In this document: in pieces, positions 37,797 to 47,093 of the stretch
Numbering within the stretch: the stretch's first letter is position 1
How the letters are laid out: each line of letters begins with the position of its first letter
Assembly (NCBI GenBank): GCA_050949565.1
Contig: JBMNFY010000017.1
Coordinates: 352,001 to 416,000 of the forward strand
Direction of reading: 5' to 3'
Length of the DNA: 64,000 nucleotides
Source of the DNA: Kiritimatiellia bacterium
Lineage (GTDB): Bacteria; Verrucomicrobiota; Kiritimatiellia; RFP12; UBA1067
Made by a program: the position numbers and the translations under genes
Notes under the pieces: generated by a model
Told to the model about the DNA's origin: nothing
Seen by the model: only the letters and a program-made list of their open reading frames with translations
The model's database searches: none

Positions 37797-38678
37797 TCAT
37801 CGCCCGACCTCCGTTTCGATGGCCGAGGCGGTGAAGATGCGCGCCCCCCACGTCGCTTCATCGTGCCGTTCATTCGCGAGCGTCATCAGAACGGAGGCAC
37901 TGAAGACCACAGTCAATAGCCCGCCGGTGAGCAGACATGTTTCCGAGAGACTGCGCAGAAAGACGCGACCGATACCGCGACGTCGCAGGAGCCGAAAGAA
38001 CACGCCCAACCAGAAGAGGCTCCATCCGGCCAGGGCAGTGGCCGCGCGCACGGAACAGGGAAAAGCGTAGTGCCAGAAAAAGGCGGTGCGCGACCAAGGC
38101 AATTCGGCCTGTGCTCGTCCGGTCTGGAGCGCGAGCGCAGCGGCAAGCCCCTGACGCGTTTCCGGCGTGACACCGAGATAGCGCTCGGCGCGTTCAAAGG
38201 CGGCGGCCGCATTGACACCGTCACCGGCCATGACCAACACGCCGCCGAGGTTCTGGAAGAGCGGCCCGTTGCACACGCCGTCGGCGACCAGCCGGTTATA
38301 GGTGGCGGCGGCCTGAAGATAGGCGTCAGGCGTCGTAGCGGCTGCGGCCTGCGCACCGGCCTGTTCCCAGAGAAAGGCGCGGGCGGAATCGTCAGGGGAA
38401 GCAGCGGACGCACAGGATACCGCGAGCAGAAAGACGCCGACCGCCATTTTCAAAACAGACGCGCAGTGACGAAACGGCGCACAAATGGCGATGCCGTTTT
38501 TGATAACGCAGAGACGCAGAGACGCAGAGGTTTTTCGACGAAGTGTGGGGATTAAGTGTATCTTCGCGCACAGCGCGAAGAGAAAGCGGTGCCGCGACCC
38601 GCGTACAGCGCGGCTCTTGTCACCGCACTCCAAATTTTGCGCACTCACCTGTTTTTCATGAAGTTTCATGTGTTTCAT
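37797..38678 (-). CDS. BatE-like TPR membrane protein; N-terminal ~60 codons repeat-derived (alternative start 38447)
   Basis: Y..AA..Y, LFQNLG, A...FERA TPR-like pattern; TM segments; ATGA overlap with batD. Confidence 0.7.
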   Translation of the reverse strand: MKHMKLHEKQVSAQNLECGDKSRAVRGSRHRFLFALCAKIHLIPTLRRKTSASLRLCVIKNGIAICAPFRHCASVLKMAVGVFLLAVSCASAASPDDSARAFLWEQAGAQAAAATTPDAYLQAAATYNRLVADGVCNGPLFQNLGGVLVMAGDGVNAAAAFERAERYLGVTPETRQGLAAALALQTGRAQAELPWSRTAFFWHYAFPCSVRAATALAGWSLFWLGVFFRLLRRRGIGRVFLRSLSETCLLTGGLLTVVFSASVLMTLANERHDEATWGARIFTASAIETEVGR

Positions 38679-38682
38679 GGTT
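38503..38682. repeat. Stacked repeats: AACGCAGAGACGCAGAG, GTCACCGCACTCCAA REP-like unit, (TTTCATG)x3
   Basis: Same modules at ~22945-22998, ~54801-54835 and ~37322. Confidence 0.85.
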
Positions 38683-40774
38683 GTTCACCCTCGTCATTCA
38701 CGCTTGGCTGCTCGGCGAGTGCTGCATCGATGGCGGGCAGGAGCGCGAGCAGGTCGCTGACGACAGCGGCGGTGGGGACGGCGGTGTCGGGCCGGTAAAG
38801 GGCTTCGTCAAGGCGCGCCAGCAAGGTGCGGCATGCGTACGCCGGTTCATCTGAAACACCGCGCCCGCACAACAGTTCGGCCACATCGCCGGGTGTCAAC
38901 GCACCGCCGGTCACATCGCAGCGTTCAGCCAGATAGGTACGCACGGCTTGCGCGGCACGCGCGGGATCGTCTGTGCGCCGCAGCACAGCGAGCGCACGGC
39001 GCAACGCCCCGCCATGGCGACGGCGGGTACGCAAATTTACCGTGAGCGCCGCGAGAGGCGTTGCCAACGCGGTCAACAGCGCGAGCAGCGGACCGGCGAT
39101 CAGCAGCGGCAGCACCATACGGTGACGCGGCAGCAGCGAATCGGGACGCGCACCACGCGCATCGAGCGTGATGCCGGTCGGCAGCGGGCGCGTACGGCTG
39201 TCGAGTACACCGGTCAAAACATCGGCGCCATCCACGGGATCGGCTGTGGCGATCTGCGTGGTGGCACGCGCTTGGATCGGAACCGGCGCGGTGGTGATAG
39301 TGCGATAAGCGCGTTCGGCGGTATCGTAGTAGGACAGGCGGATCGGCGGAAACTCCAACGTACCCTCGCGCGTCGGACGCACACGGTATTTGAAACGCTT
39401 GCCGTTGGGCAGGGTATCGGTGCTTACGCTGTCATCATAGATGCGGAAATCGCGGGTAAGATCGGACTGGAGGCTCAACAGCGGCGTACGCAGGTTGGAG
39501 ACGCTGATCGCGCCGGTAATCTCCAGTGTGAGCGTGAGGGGGTCGCCGACTTTGCAGACAGTGGTGTCGAAAGCCGCCGTGGCCTGCATCTCCTTGCCGA
39601 CCGAACCGATGAACGTTTCGGGGCGCCCTTCATCCGGCGGTGGCACGACACGTACGGTGACAGCCGGGCCGATGGTGTAAACGTCGCGGGTCACAGCTTG
39701 ACGGTCGGCGGTAACATCGCTGATAACGGTACCTTTGAAAGTGAGCGGGCCGAAAGTGAACTCCCCCTCGTTGGCGGGCGTGTAGTCGAGATCAAGCGTA
39801 TAGGCGCGGTACTTCTTGCCGTTGATGGTGACGCGCGTAGGCGGCAGACGGAAGCGGATGGGGCGCGGGCGGAACGGGTCGTCATCGCCGAAGAGGCGTC
39901 CGAAGCCGCTGCTCATGTCGCGCGTCTTGTAGTCGTTGATCGCAAAGCTCGGCTGGCGTCCGCTCTGATCGATCAGGTTGTTGAGGATTTGATTCAAGTC
40001 GGGCCCCTTAAGGCCAGGCGTATCGTGACGGATCTCCAAGAAATCGGCGGCGAGATGAGGCAGCAGATTGGGATGGATCGGCTCATTGTTTTCGGCGTAG
40101 GAGTCGGGCAGTTCAGCGACCGCGACGGAAAGGGTCACCGTGAAGGGCTCCTCGACCAGCACCGTGGTGGACGAGGCACTCAGCGAAACGATCACATGGT
40201 CTTGCCGCTCAATACCTTTGACCTGCACCGAGGGGCCGGACTCGGTATAGCTTTTACCATCGACGGTCACGCGCACCGGCCCGGCGCGGTAAACACCCTC
40301 TACACCGGGTTTGATCTGATAGGCGAAGACGCGGCCTTCATAGACTTCGCGCGTCATGCGGCCATTGATGATCGAGATGCTGGAGCGGCTGTTGCTGTGC
40401 TGCCCGAGGAACTGGATATCGGCTGGCGGCAAGCCGGAGAGATCGGGCATATCCAGCCCGCGGTCGGCGCCCGCGACCTCAATCGTGAGGTTGAAGCTCT
40501 CGCCCAGATAGATGCTGGGGCGTGAGGATGTAACCTTGAGCGAGACGTCGGCAAGGGCAGGAAATGCGCAAAGGAAAAGGAGCGAGAGGATCGAGTGAAT
40601 CGAAAGAATCGACCGATTCGATTTTCTCGATTCCATCGACCCCATCGAGGCTCTTGCAAAATCCCTCGTGGCATGGGCGTCCCGCCCATGAAACACGGGC
40701 AAGATGCCCGTGCCACACCTGTAAGCAAGGGGTTTTGCAAGACCCTTTATCGCTTTTGTCTTTCGCCCGAACAT
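38675..40774 (-). CDS. batD: BatD-family protein
   Basis: SISIING, GRPETFIGSVG, KVGDPLTL, LSYYD; signal h-region LLFLCAFPALA; bat operon context. Confidence 0.8.
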   Translation of the reverse strand: MFGRKTKAIKGLAKPLAYRCGTGILPVFHGRDAHATRDFARASMGSMESRKSNRSILSIHSILSLLFLCAFPALADVSLKVTSSRPSIYLGESFNLTIEVAGADRGLDMPDLSGLPPADIQFLGQHSNSRSSISIINGRMTREVYEGRVFAYQIKPGVEGVYRAGPVRVTVDGKSYTESGPSVQVKGIERQDHVIVSLSASSTTVLVEEPFTVTLSVAVAELPDSYAENNEPIHPNLLPHLAADFLEIRHDTPGLKGPDLNQILNNLIDQSGRQPSFAINDYKTRDMSSGFGRLFGDDDPFRPRPIRFRLPPTRVTINGKKYRAYTLDLDYTPANEGEFTFGPLTFKGTVISDVTADRQAVTRDVYTIGPAVTVRVVPPPDEGRPETFIGSVGKEMQATAAFDTTVCKVGDPLTLTLEITGAISVSNLRTPLLSLQSDLTRDFRIYDDSVSTDTLPNGKRFKYRVRPTREGTLEFPPIRLSYYDTAERAYRTITTAPVPIQARATTQIATADPVDGADVLTGVLDSRTRPLPTGITLDARGARPDSLLPRHRMVLPLLIAGPLLALLTALATPLAALTVNLRTRRRHGGALRRALAVLRRTDDPARAAQAVRTYLAERCDVTGGALTPGDVAELLCGRGVSDEPAYACRTLLARLDEALYRPDTAVPTAAVVSDLLALLPAIDAALAEQPSVNDEGEQP
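40648..40746. mobile_element. 99-bp MITE-like element enclosing a REP pair, in frame inside the batD 5' end
   Basis: Inverted ends AGGCTCTTGCAAAATCCCT and AGGGGTTTTGCAAGACCCT (17/19); internal GTGGCATGGGCGTCCCGCCCATG / CACGGGCAAGATGCCCGTGCCAC. Confidence 0.65.
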
Positions 40775-40780
40775 CTACGT

Positions 40781-43346
40781 TTACCAGTCCCTCTCACCCG
40801 GCACCATCGGCATCTTGCGCATGCGCTCTTTCTTTTCCTCTTCGTGCTCTTTTTCACGTTCGAGCGCCTTGCGCAGCAGCTCCTGCACGTCTTGCGGCGG
40901 CTCGGGCTTCTGCTCCTGCGGCTCAGGCTGCTGCTCCTGCTCTTGCTGCTCCTGCTGTTGCTCTTGCTCTTGTTGCTGCTGCTCTTGGTTTTGTTGTTGC
41001 TGATCCTGCTGCTGTTGTTGCTGCTGCTGTGCTGTTGGTTCGGCTGTTTGGGCAGCAGTTCGCGAATCTCCAGCAAATCCTTAAGCGCCTGCTCTTGCAA
41101 CACGCGGCGTTCGGTCTCGGGCGGTTTTTTCTCGACGACTTCGCTTTGAAGTCTCTCGACGTGCTCGGCGATCTTCTCGATCTTGGCTTTGTCCTCAGCG
41201 GTGAAGAGGCGGCATGTTGGTGTCGGTCTGCGCCTGCTGTATGTACTGATCGGCCCACGCAGGGAAGCGTTCACGGAAGAGGCGGGTGAGTTGCAGGGCT
41301 TCGGCCTGTGAGTCGCGCGTTTCCAAATACTTGAGCTTCAAGTTGTGAAGCGCGTTGCTCTGGCAGAGGATGTCTTCGTCGATCGCGGCGTTAGGCGGCG
41401 CGACGGCCTTCCAGAAGTTGTACACGAGTGGCTCGATCTGAGCGGTTTCATTTGCGGCTTCAGGCAGCAGATCCTCAAGCGCCACAGCCGCACCCTTCAT
41501 GCTGTCGCGCGCCAGCTCAATCTGCTGCGCGACCATCGCCTGTTGCTGCGCGTTGGTGACCGCCTGAAGCATCTGTTGCTTGAGCGGAATCCAGAGGTCG
41601 GCTTGCTGTTGCTGACGCTCGGCCAACGCCTCGGCCTTGGCAATCAGCGTCGGGGCGTCATTGGTGTGGAGGGTAGCCGATTCCTCAAGCAACGCGCGCT
41701 GTTCTGCAAGCAGGGTTCCCAGCAGTTGGTCTGGCGGAGTCTGGCCGTGTTTTTCCAGCACCTCCGCAATATGAGCGTTCTCGCGCGCCTCGGCCAGCGG
41801 CGCGACCGCGCGCGTCAGATTGCGGTCACGACGCTCGTCCTGCGGCGTGTCGCGCAACGCACGTTGAAAGGCGACAGCGGCCTCTTCCAATGCTTTAGCC
41901 TTGGCTTGCGGATCTTCTCCCGCACCTTCGGCACTCGCCTGTTCCATCAGAATCAGGCCGAGCAACTCGCCCGCGCGCGCACCGCTCTTGCGCGAGGCGA
42001 GCAACGGGCGCAGGGTCTGCACCGCGTTGGTCATGTCCTGCGCGGTATAATAGGCGTACGCCGCGTTGTAGCGGTACTCCTCGGCCTCTTGCAAGTCTGC
42101 GCCGCGCGCGGCGGAAAGAAAGGCTTCCGCCGCCTCTGTGTGGCGTCCTTTGCGCAATAGTGCCTGGGCTTCGCGCGCACCGGCGCGACCGGGGGCAACC
42201 ACGACCGGCGGACGATTGGTGGCAGAGGACTCGGGGGATGGATCGGACGTTGCATCCGTTTGCGCACGGCCAGCCGAAATGACCAACAAAACAATGATTG
42301 CGGCGGCTGTTGTTGCAGAAGCGGGGGCGGTGCGCGTACGGCTGCCCTTAAACCGTCCGCGACTGAAAGCAAGCGGCGGCCAGCAGGCAGAGCAACGCGG
42401 GAATGAGGAAGAGCTGATAACGCTCCTGATAGCGATTTTCGATCTGCTCTTGCTGATCTTTAGCGGCGATGTGCGGCAGCAGATAACGGCGATAGATCGC
42501 ACCGAGCGTGGTGTGCGCCGTGCCGGCCGTGCCGAGCGGGACGTAGCGGCCACCGGAAGCGTCGGCAATCGCGGTAAGCGTTTCGCTCATCAGGCGCGTC
42601 TTGACGGCACTGCCCTTGAATTGCTGAACCCCCTGCCCACCCTCGCCGGGAATGGTGGCACCGGTTTCATCGCCGATGCCGACCGTGAAAATGGGGATAT
42701 TGCGGCGGGCGGATTCGGCGGCGGCTTCCAACGCATCGCCTTTGAGATCCTCGCCGTCTGAAATGAGCAGGATGGCGTTGTACTCGTCGAACGCAGGATC
42801 GAGCGCCTCCAGCGATTTACGGATGGCATCGCCGAGATTGGTCTCGCCGCGCGGGGCTGACTCCGGCGAGACGCCGTCGAGTGCCTGGCGCAGGAAAGCG
42901 TAATCGGTGGTGAGTGGACAGAGCAAGCTACCTTTACTGCGGAAGGCAAGCAGCGCGGCGCGGTCGCCCTTCAGATCATCGATCAGATCCATGATATCGG
43001 CCTTGGCGCGCTCCAGCCGGTTGGGGTGAACATCGGTAGCGAGCATTGAGCGCGAGACATCAAGCGCGATCATCAGATTTCGGCCGCGCGTGAAGACCTT
43101 CTCATCCTTGCGCCCCCATTGCGGCCGGGCGGCGGCGAACACCAGCAAGGTCAGACCGATCATCACCAGCGAGAACTGCGCATAGAAGGCACTCGTCGAG
43201 TGCGCGGGCACCAGCTTTGGCTGCAACGTCGGCGCGATCAGCATCGCCAGCCGTCGCTGCGCACGCCGGTACAGCCAGAGCCACAACATTCCGATCAGCG
43301 GGACGAGCGAAAGCAGAAGCAGTAAAAATGGATAAACAAAACGCAT
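40781..43346 (-). CDS. batB: BatB/BatC-like fusion (VWA + TPR + Q-rich tail) with three apparent single-base frameshifts (~42367, ~41206, ~41030)
   Basis: DVSRSM, NRLERAK, PLTTD, ISDGED; TPR-like YNAA; C-terminal Q-rich segment ending ...PGERDW* after re-framing. Confidence 0.75.
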
Positions 43347-43370
43347 CGTGGAACAGTTAGGAGTTAGGAG

Positions 43371-43784
43371 TTAGGAGTTAGGAGTTGTGTAAAGGGATTC
43401 GGGGTCGAAGTCTGGGGATTCACACACGGAATTGTCTTTCTCATGAAGGGTCTTGGTTGTGGCCGAGAGAATGCGCACAAGCTCATCACAATCGTTGAAC
43501 AAGGGACCAAAGGTAGCGGTCGGGATGTAATCGGTATCATGCAAAAGACGTAGCCAATACCGGGTCTCCAAGGATTCCTTGAAGGCGATTTGAATCTTCG
43601 CCGCAAAGTCCTTTCTGGAGTATGCGCCGCTGGCCTCTTCGATATTGGCACCAATCGAAGTACCGCAACGCAGGATCTGCTTTGACAAAACGTACTCACT
43701 CCGTTCCTTGCACAGCCACTGGAAGAGCCTGACAATCCGAATGGCGAACGCATAGCTCTTCGTCTTTATCGGCGTGTCTCTCAT
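43371..43784 (-). CDS. Four helix bundle protein (TIGR02436 / 23S rRNA IVP / Avd-like)
   Basis: KSYAFAIRIV, LSKQILRCGTSIGANIEEA, SRKDF..K..IA.KE..ET.YWL.LL; AAGGAG RBS; stop codon supplied by the heptamer array. Confidence 0.92.
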   Translation of the reverse strand: MRDTPIKTKSYAFAIRIVRLFQWLCKERSEYVLSKQILRCGTSIGANIEEASGAYSRKDFAAKIQIAFKESLETRYWLRLLHDTDYIPTATFGPLFNDCDELVRILSATTKTLHEKDNSVCESPDFDPESLYTTPNS

Positions 43785-43828
43785 GTCAACTCCTTGTTCC
43801 TTCTGTTTCCAACTTCTAACTAACTCCT

Positions 43829-43929
43829 AACTCCTTGCCTATAACTTGAGCGTTAAAAGTTGAACGTTGAGCGTTAAAAGTTTTTTAACTCTGAACGCTG
43901 AACGTCGAACGCTGAACGCTGAAGTCGAA
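43829..43929. repeat. ~100-bp heptamer-hairpin element (copy 1 of 3)
   Basis: AACTCCTTGCCTATAACTTGAGCGTTAAAAGTTGAACGTTGAGCG...AACGCTGAACGTCGAACGCTG; also at 53927 and 56135. Confidence 0.9.
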
Positions 43930-43967
43930 AACTCCTAAATCCTAAATCCTAACTCCTAACTCCCCCC

Positions 43968-45005
43968 TCAGAGGAGCCTCCTCGTGAGGCTCATATTGAG
44001 GGTAAGTGCAATAGCCACGAGGGCGGCACCCCAGAGGAGGTAACGGACAAAGTGTTCGTCGAACCGCTGGTAGATTTCGCGGTCGATGCGGGTGGTTTCG
44101 AGAGAGTTGATCTCATCAAGCGCGGCCTCGAGCCCATCGTGATCGCGCACGCTGAAGTAGCGACCGGAGGTTTTGGATGCGATGGACTTAAGTTGCGTCT
44201 CGTCGAAGGTGGCGTTGGCGTAGGCGATGGTCTCGCGACCAAAGAGGTCGCGCGTCTTGAAAGGAGTGCGGGCGTTCGAGCCGACGCCGATGGTGTAGAC
44301 GCGGATACCGAGCTTGGCGGCTGCGTCGGCGGCCTGTTCGGGCGTGATGATGCCGGTGTTCGATTCGCCATCGGAAAGCAGGATGATGATGCGCGTTTCA
44401 GGCTCGGCATCAACCAGACGCGCGACACCCGTGGCGAGTCCGTCGCCGATCGCGGTGAGCGTCTCTTCTTGATCGATCGGCCGTCCTTGGGCATCGGTCT
44501 GCGCACGCGGAATCTCCACGCCCTTCAAGACATGCACAAGCGCACGGTGGTCGGCCGTGAGCGGTGCGCGCGTTGAGGCGTACCCGCCGAAGGTGACCAG
44601 TCCGATCAGATCATCGGGACGCGCTTCGACAAATTTTGCGAATGTCTCTTTCACCACTTCGAGACGTGTCTTCCACTCGTTTTGAGACGGCGAAAGATCC
44701 AACGCCTCCATGGAACCTGAAACGTCGACCACCATGCCGATGGCAATGGCATTGACTGAACGACGCGCGCGGGAAAGCGCGGTGCGTGGACGCGCGGCGG
44801 CAATAATCAACAGTAGCGTACCCACCAAAAAGAGCGGGGGCACAAGCGCAGCGGCGGTGGCGCGCCAACCGGCGGTTCGGGCGGGCAACCGGTGCGTCGC
44901 AGCAAAAAGCACACCTGTGCGCCGTCCGGTACGGTACAGGAACCAGACGGCAGCAGCCCAAGGCAGCAGCAGTAGGAAGGCTAAAGGTGTGGCGAAGGAC
45001 AACAT
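43968..45005 (-). CDS. batA: BatA VWA-domain protein
   Basis: N-terminal BatA TM, AAARP, DVSGSM MIDAS, TAIGDGL, LLSDGESNTG, YTIGVG. Confidence 0.9.
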   Translation of the reverse strand: MLSFATPLAFLLLLPWAAAVWFLYRTGRRTGVLFAATHRLPARTAGWRATAAALVPPLFLVGTLLLIIAAARPRTALSRARRSVNAIAIGMVVDVSGSMEALDLSPSQNEWKTRLEVVKETFAKFVEARPDDLIGLVTFGGYASTRAPLTADHRALVHVLKGVEIPRAQTDAQGRPIDQEETLTAIGDGLATGVARLVDAEPETRIIILLSDGESNTGIITPEQAADAAAKLGIRVYTIGVGSNARTPFKTRDLFGRETIAYANATFDETQLKSIASKTSGRYFSVRDHDGLEAALDEINSLETTRIDREIYQRFDEHFVRYLLWGAALVAIALTLNMSLTRRLL

Positions 45006-45014
45006 GAGTGATTG

Positions 45015-45190
45015 AGGATTTAGGAGTTAGGATTTAGGAGTTAGGATTTAGGAGTTGGAGTTGGGGCTTGGAGACAGAAGTGAGAGTTGGGGTGCGAAAA
45101 AAGAGGCGAGAGGTGAAAAGAGTAAAAGGTGTTGCGTACATGATTCATTCCTTAAAATTCCTAAATCCTAAATCCTAACTTCTAACTCCC
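45015..45190. repeat. Empty type-A cassette: inverted TTAGGAG/TTAGGAT arrays with no four-helix gene
   Basis: GGATTTAGGAGTTAGG... (45015-45064) faces CCTAAATCCTAAATCCTAACTTCTAACTCCC (45160-45190). Confidence 0.85.
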
Positions 45191-46164
45191 TCTTGGGTGC
45201 GCTCTGAGTCCTCACGGATGTAGGTGCGGGCGCGGTCAGTGGCGGCGTCGGTCATCTCGGTCGTGGCCTTTTGGCCGGCGAACTTTACAAGGTCGGCGGA
45301 TTCGAGGAACGTTTTGAGCTTGGCTACAACTTCGGGCGTGAAAGAGGGATGATCGACGGCGACGGCGAGAAATTCCTGTGTGGTCTGCCCGGGGGCGCGG
45401 ATGCCGCGCGTGCGTTCAATGTAACGGCGCACCACCATGGTCAGCTCAATGTAAAACTCTTTGAAGAGCCCGCGGGTCGGCAGGTTGCGTCCCAACAGGC
45501 GTTGCAGTTCGAGCATGGCGCGGTCAGCAGGCGGCATACGGAATTCGCGCACACGCCGGTTGAGCCGGGTGAGGCCGAAGAGTGCGGCCGCGAGCGCGGC
45601 AACTCCGGCCAGCACCGCGACGATCCAGAGCGCGACCGTACGCGCGGTGGGCGGAACGTAAACCGGTTCGGGATTAACCTCCGGATCGCCGGTCACCGGC
45701 GGACGCGCGCCCTCGTCCGGGAAAATCACTGGCCGCGTGGCAAAGGTCGAGGAGTGAGAGGCGTCGGTCACAGTGACCGCGAAGGGTGCCAAGCGGTAAC
45801 GCTTGGCGGCCGGCTCGGGCACCAGCCGCCAGCGGTAGGTTTGACGCTTGCGCCCGTTGGCAGCGACGGGCTGGGCGGCGAAATCCTCAGCCATGCTGAA
45901 TCCGGCGAAGCGGTCGCGCAGATCCGGCAGCGTGACCTCAAGATGCTCCGGCGCCTCGACCGTGACGGTCAGCATGAAATCCCGGGCGGGGGAAACGCGC
46001 TCGGGCGCGGACTCAAGCTTGATCGCGACCTCGCCATGCGAAAGGTCGGCGGTAAAAGCGAAGAGAGAATGAATAGTTAAGAGATAATAACTAATAACTG
46101 CTAAAGCAAGCCATGTGGTTCGTGGCTGGCGTCTAAAAGATCGAAAATGTCGGATCCCAATCAT
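45175..46164 (-). CDS. Bat-operon membrane protein (position of the DUF4381-like gene)
   Basis: Signal/TM segments; FYIELT..VRRYIE, QTTQEFL, ADLVKFA conserved tail. Confidence 0.75.
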   Translation of the reverse strand: MIGIRHFRSFRRQPRTTWLALAVISYYLLTIHSLFAFTADLSHGEVAIKLESAPERVSPARDFMLTVTVEAPEHLEVTLPDLRDRFAGFSMAEDFAAQPVAANGRKRQTYRWRLVPEPAAKRYRLAPFAVTVTDASHSSTFATRPVIFPDEGARPPVTGDPEVNPEPVYVPPTARTVALWIVAVLAGVAALAAALFGLTRLNRRVREFRMPPADRAMLELQRLLGRNLPTRGLFKEFYIELTMVVRRYIERTRGIRAPGQTTQEFLAVAVDHPSFTPEVVAKLKTFLESADLVKFAGQKATTEMTDAATDRARTYIREDSERTQEGVRS

Positions 46165-46206
46165 CGCTATTAGTTATTAGTTATTCATTATTCGTTATTC
46201 ACTATC
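46067..46206. repeat. Empty type-B cassette: inverted AATAACT-type arrays
   Basis: GAATAGTTAAGAGATAATAACTAATAACTG (46071-46100) faces CTATTAGTTATTAGTTATTCATTATTCGTTATTCACTATC (46167-46206). Confidence 0.8.
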
Positions 46207-46208
46207 CC

Positions 46209-47087
46209 CTATCTTTTCCGTGCGCGGCGGCGGAAGAGCGCGCGCACATCATCGATGTACGGGGCATCGGTGGAGAGTCGGATGAAATCAATGCCGGTGC
46301 GCCGCAGAAAACGCAGAAGCTGATCGTTTTCGGTAGCGGCCTGTGTGCGAAACGCCTCGCGCACCATGGCGGATGAGGTGTCGACCAGCAACAACTCGCC
46401 GGTCTCGGGGTCTTGCAACTCAATGAGGCCAACATCCGGCAGCGCGGCTTCGCACGGGTCTGAGATCGGGCAGGCGATGACGTCGTGGCGACGCGCGGTG
46501 ACGCGCAGTTCGCGTTCGTAGCCTGTGTCTTGGAAGTCTGAGACGAGGAACACCACGGCCTTGCGCTTCTGCACGTTGTTGAGGAAGCGCAGCGCAGCGG
46601 TGATGTCGGTGCGTTCACGGGTTTCGTCCGCCGCTAACACTTCACGCACGAGGCGCATGACCGCCGTGCGGCCTTTGCGCGGCGGGATGGATTTGAGGAT
46701 ACGGTCGCTGAACAGGATCAGCCCGATCTTATCCTGATTGCGAATTGCGGTCATGGCCAGCAGGCAGGTAATCTCGGCGGCAAGCTCTGATTTGGAGCGT
46801 GTACCGGAACCGAAAATCTGCGAGCCCGAGACGTCGACCAGAAAAACGACGGTGAGTTCGCGCTCTTCCGAATAGCGCTTCACATGCGGCAGGCCGGTAC
46901 GCGCCGTGACGTTCCAGTCGATCGACCGCACGTCGTCGCCGGGCACGTAGGCACGCACCTCGTCGAACTCGACGCCCTGCCCTTTGAAGACCGAGTGGTA
47001 GTCGCCGGAGAGGCGGTCGTCGATGAGATGCGTCGTGAGGATCTTGATCCTCCCGACCTGCTTCATCAATTCTGTCGTATCAATCAT
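46209..47087 (-). CDS. DUF58 domain protein (MoxR-associated)
   Basis: FKGQGVEFDEVRAYVPGDDVRSIDWNVTAR, EEREL, DVSGS, VSDF. Confidence 0.92.
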   Translation of the reverse strand: MIDTTELMKQVGRIKILTTHLIDDRLSGDYHSVFKGQGVEFDEVRAYVPGDDVRSIDWNVTARTGLPHVKRYSEERELTVVFLVDVSGSQIFGSGTRSKSELAAEITCLLAMTAIRNQDKIGLILFSDRILKSIPPRKGRTAVMRLVREVLAADETRERTDITAALRFLNNVQKRKAVVFLVSDFQDTGYERELRVTARRHDVIACPISDPCEAALPDVGLIELQDPETGELLLVDTSSAMVREAFRTQAATENDQLLRFLRRTGIDFIRLSTDAPYIDDVRALFRRRARKR

Positions 47088-47093
47088 GATAGA

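Larger units (their letters stand above)
43355..43961 (-). mobile_element. Cassette A: four-helix-bundle gene between inverted (TTAGGAG)n arrays
   Basis: Arms 43355-43386 and 43930-43961 are 30/32 complementary; the cassette fills the batA-batB junction. Confidence 0.7.

Noticed and set aside
40880-41040. CTG/TTG-rich tract as a contingency microsatellite
   Set aside because: It encodes the usual Q/E-rich linker of BatC-like proteins
45034-45141. 35-codon minus-strand mini-ORF in the empty type-A loop
   Set aside because: It has a weak RBS and low complexity, and it is not similar to the four-helix proteins; cannot be supported as a gene
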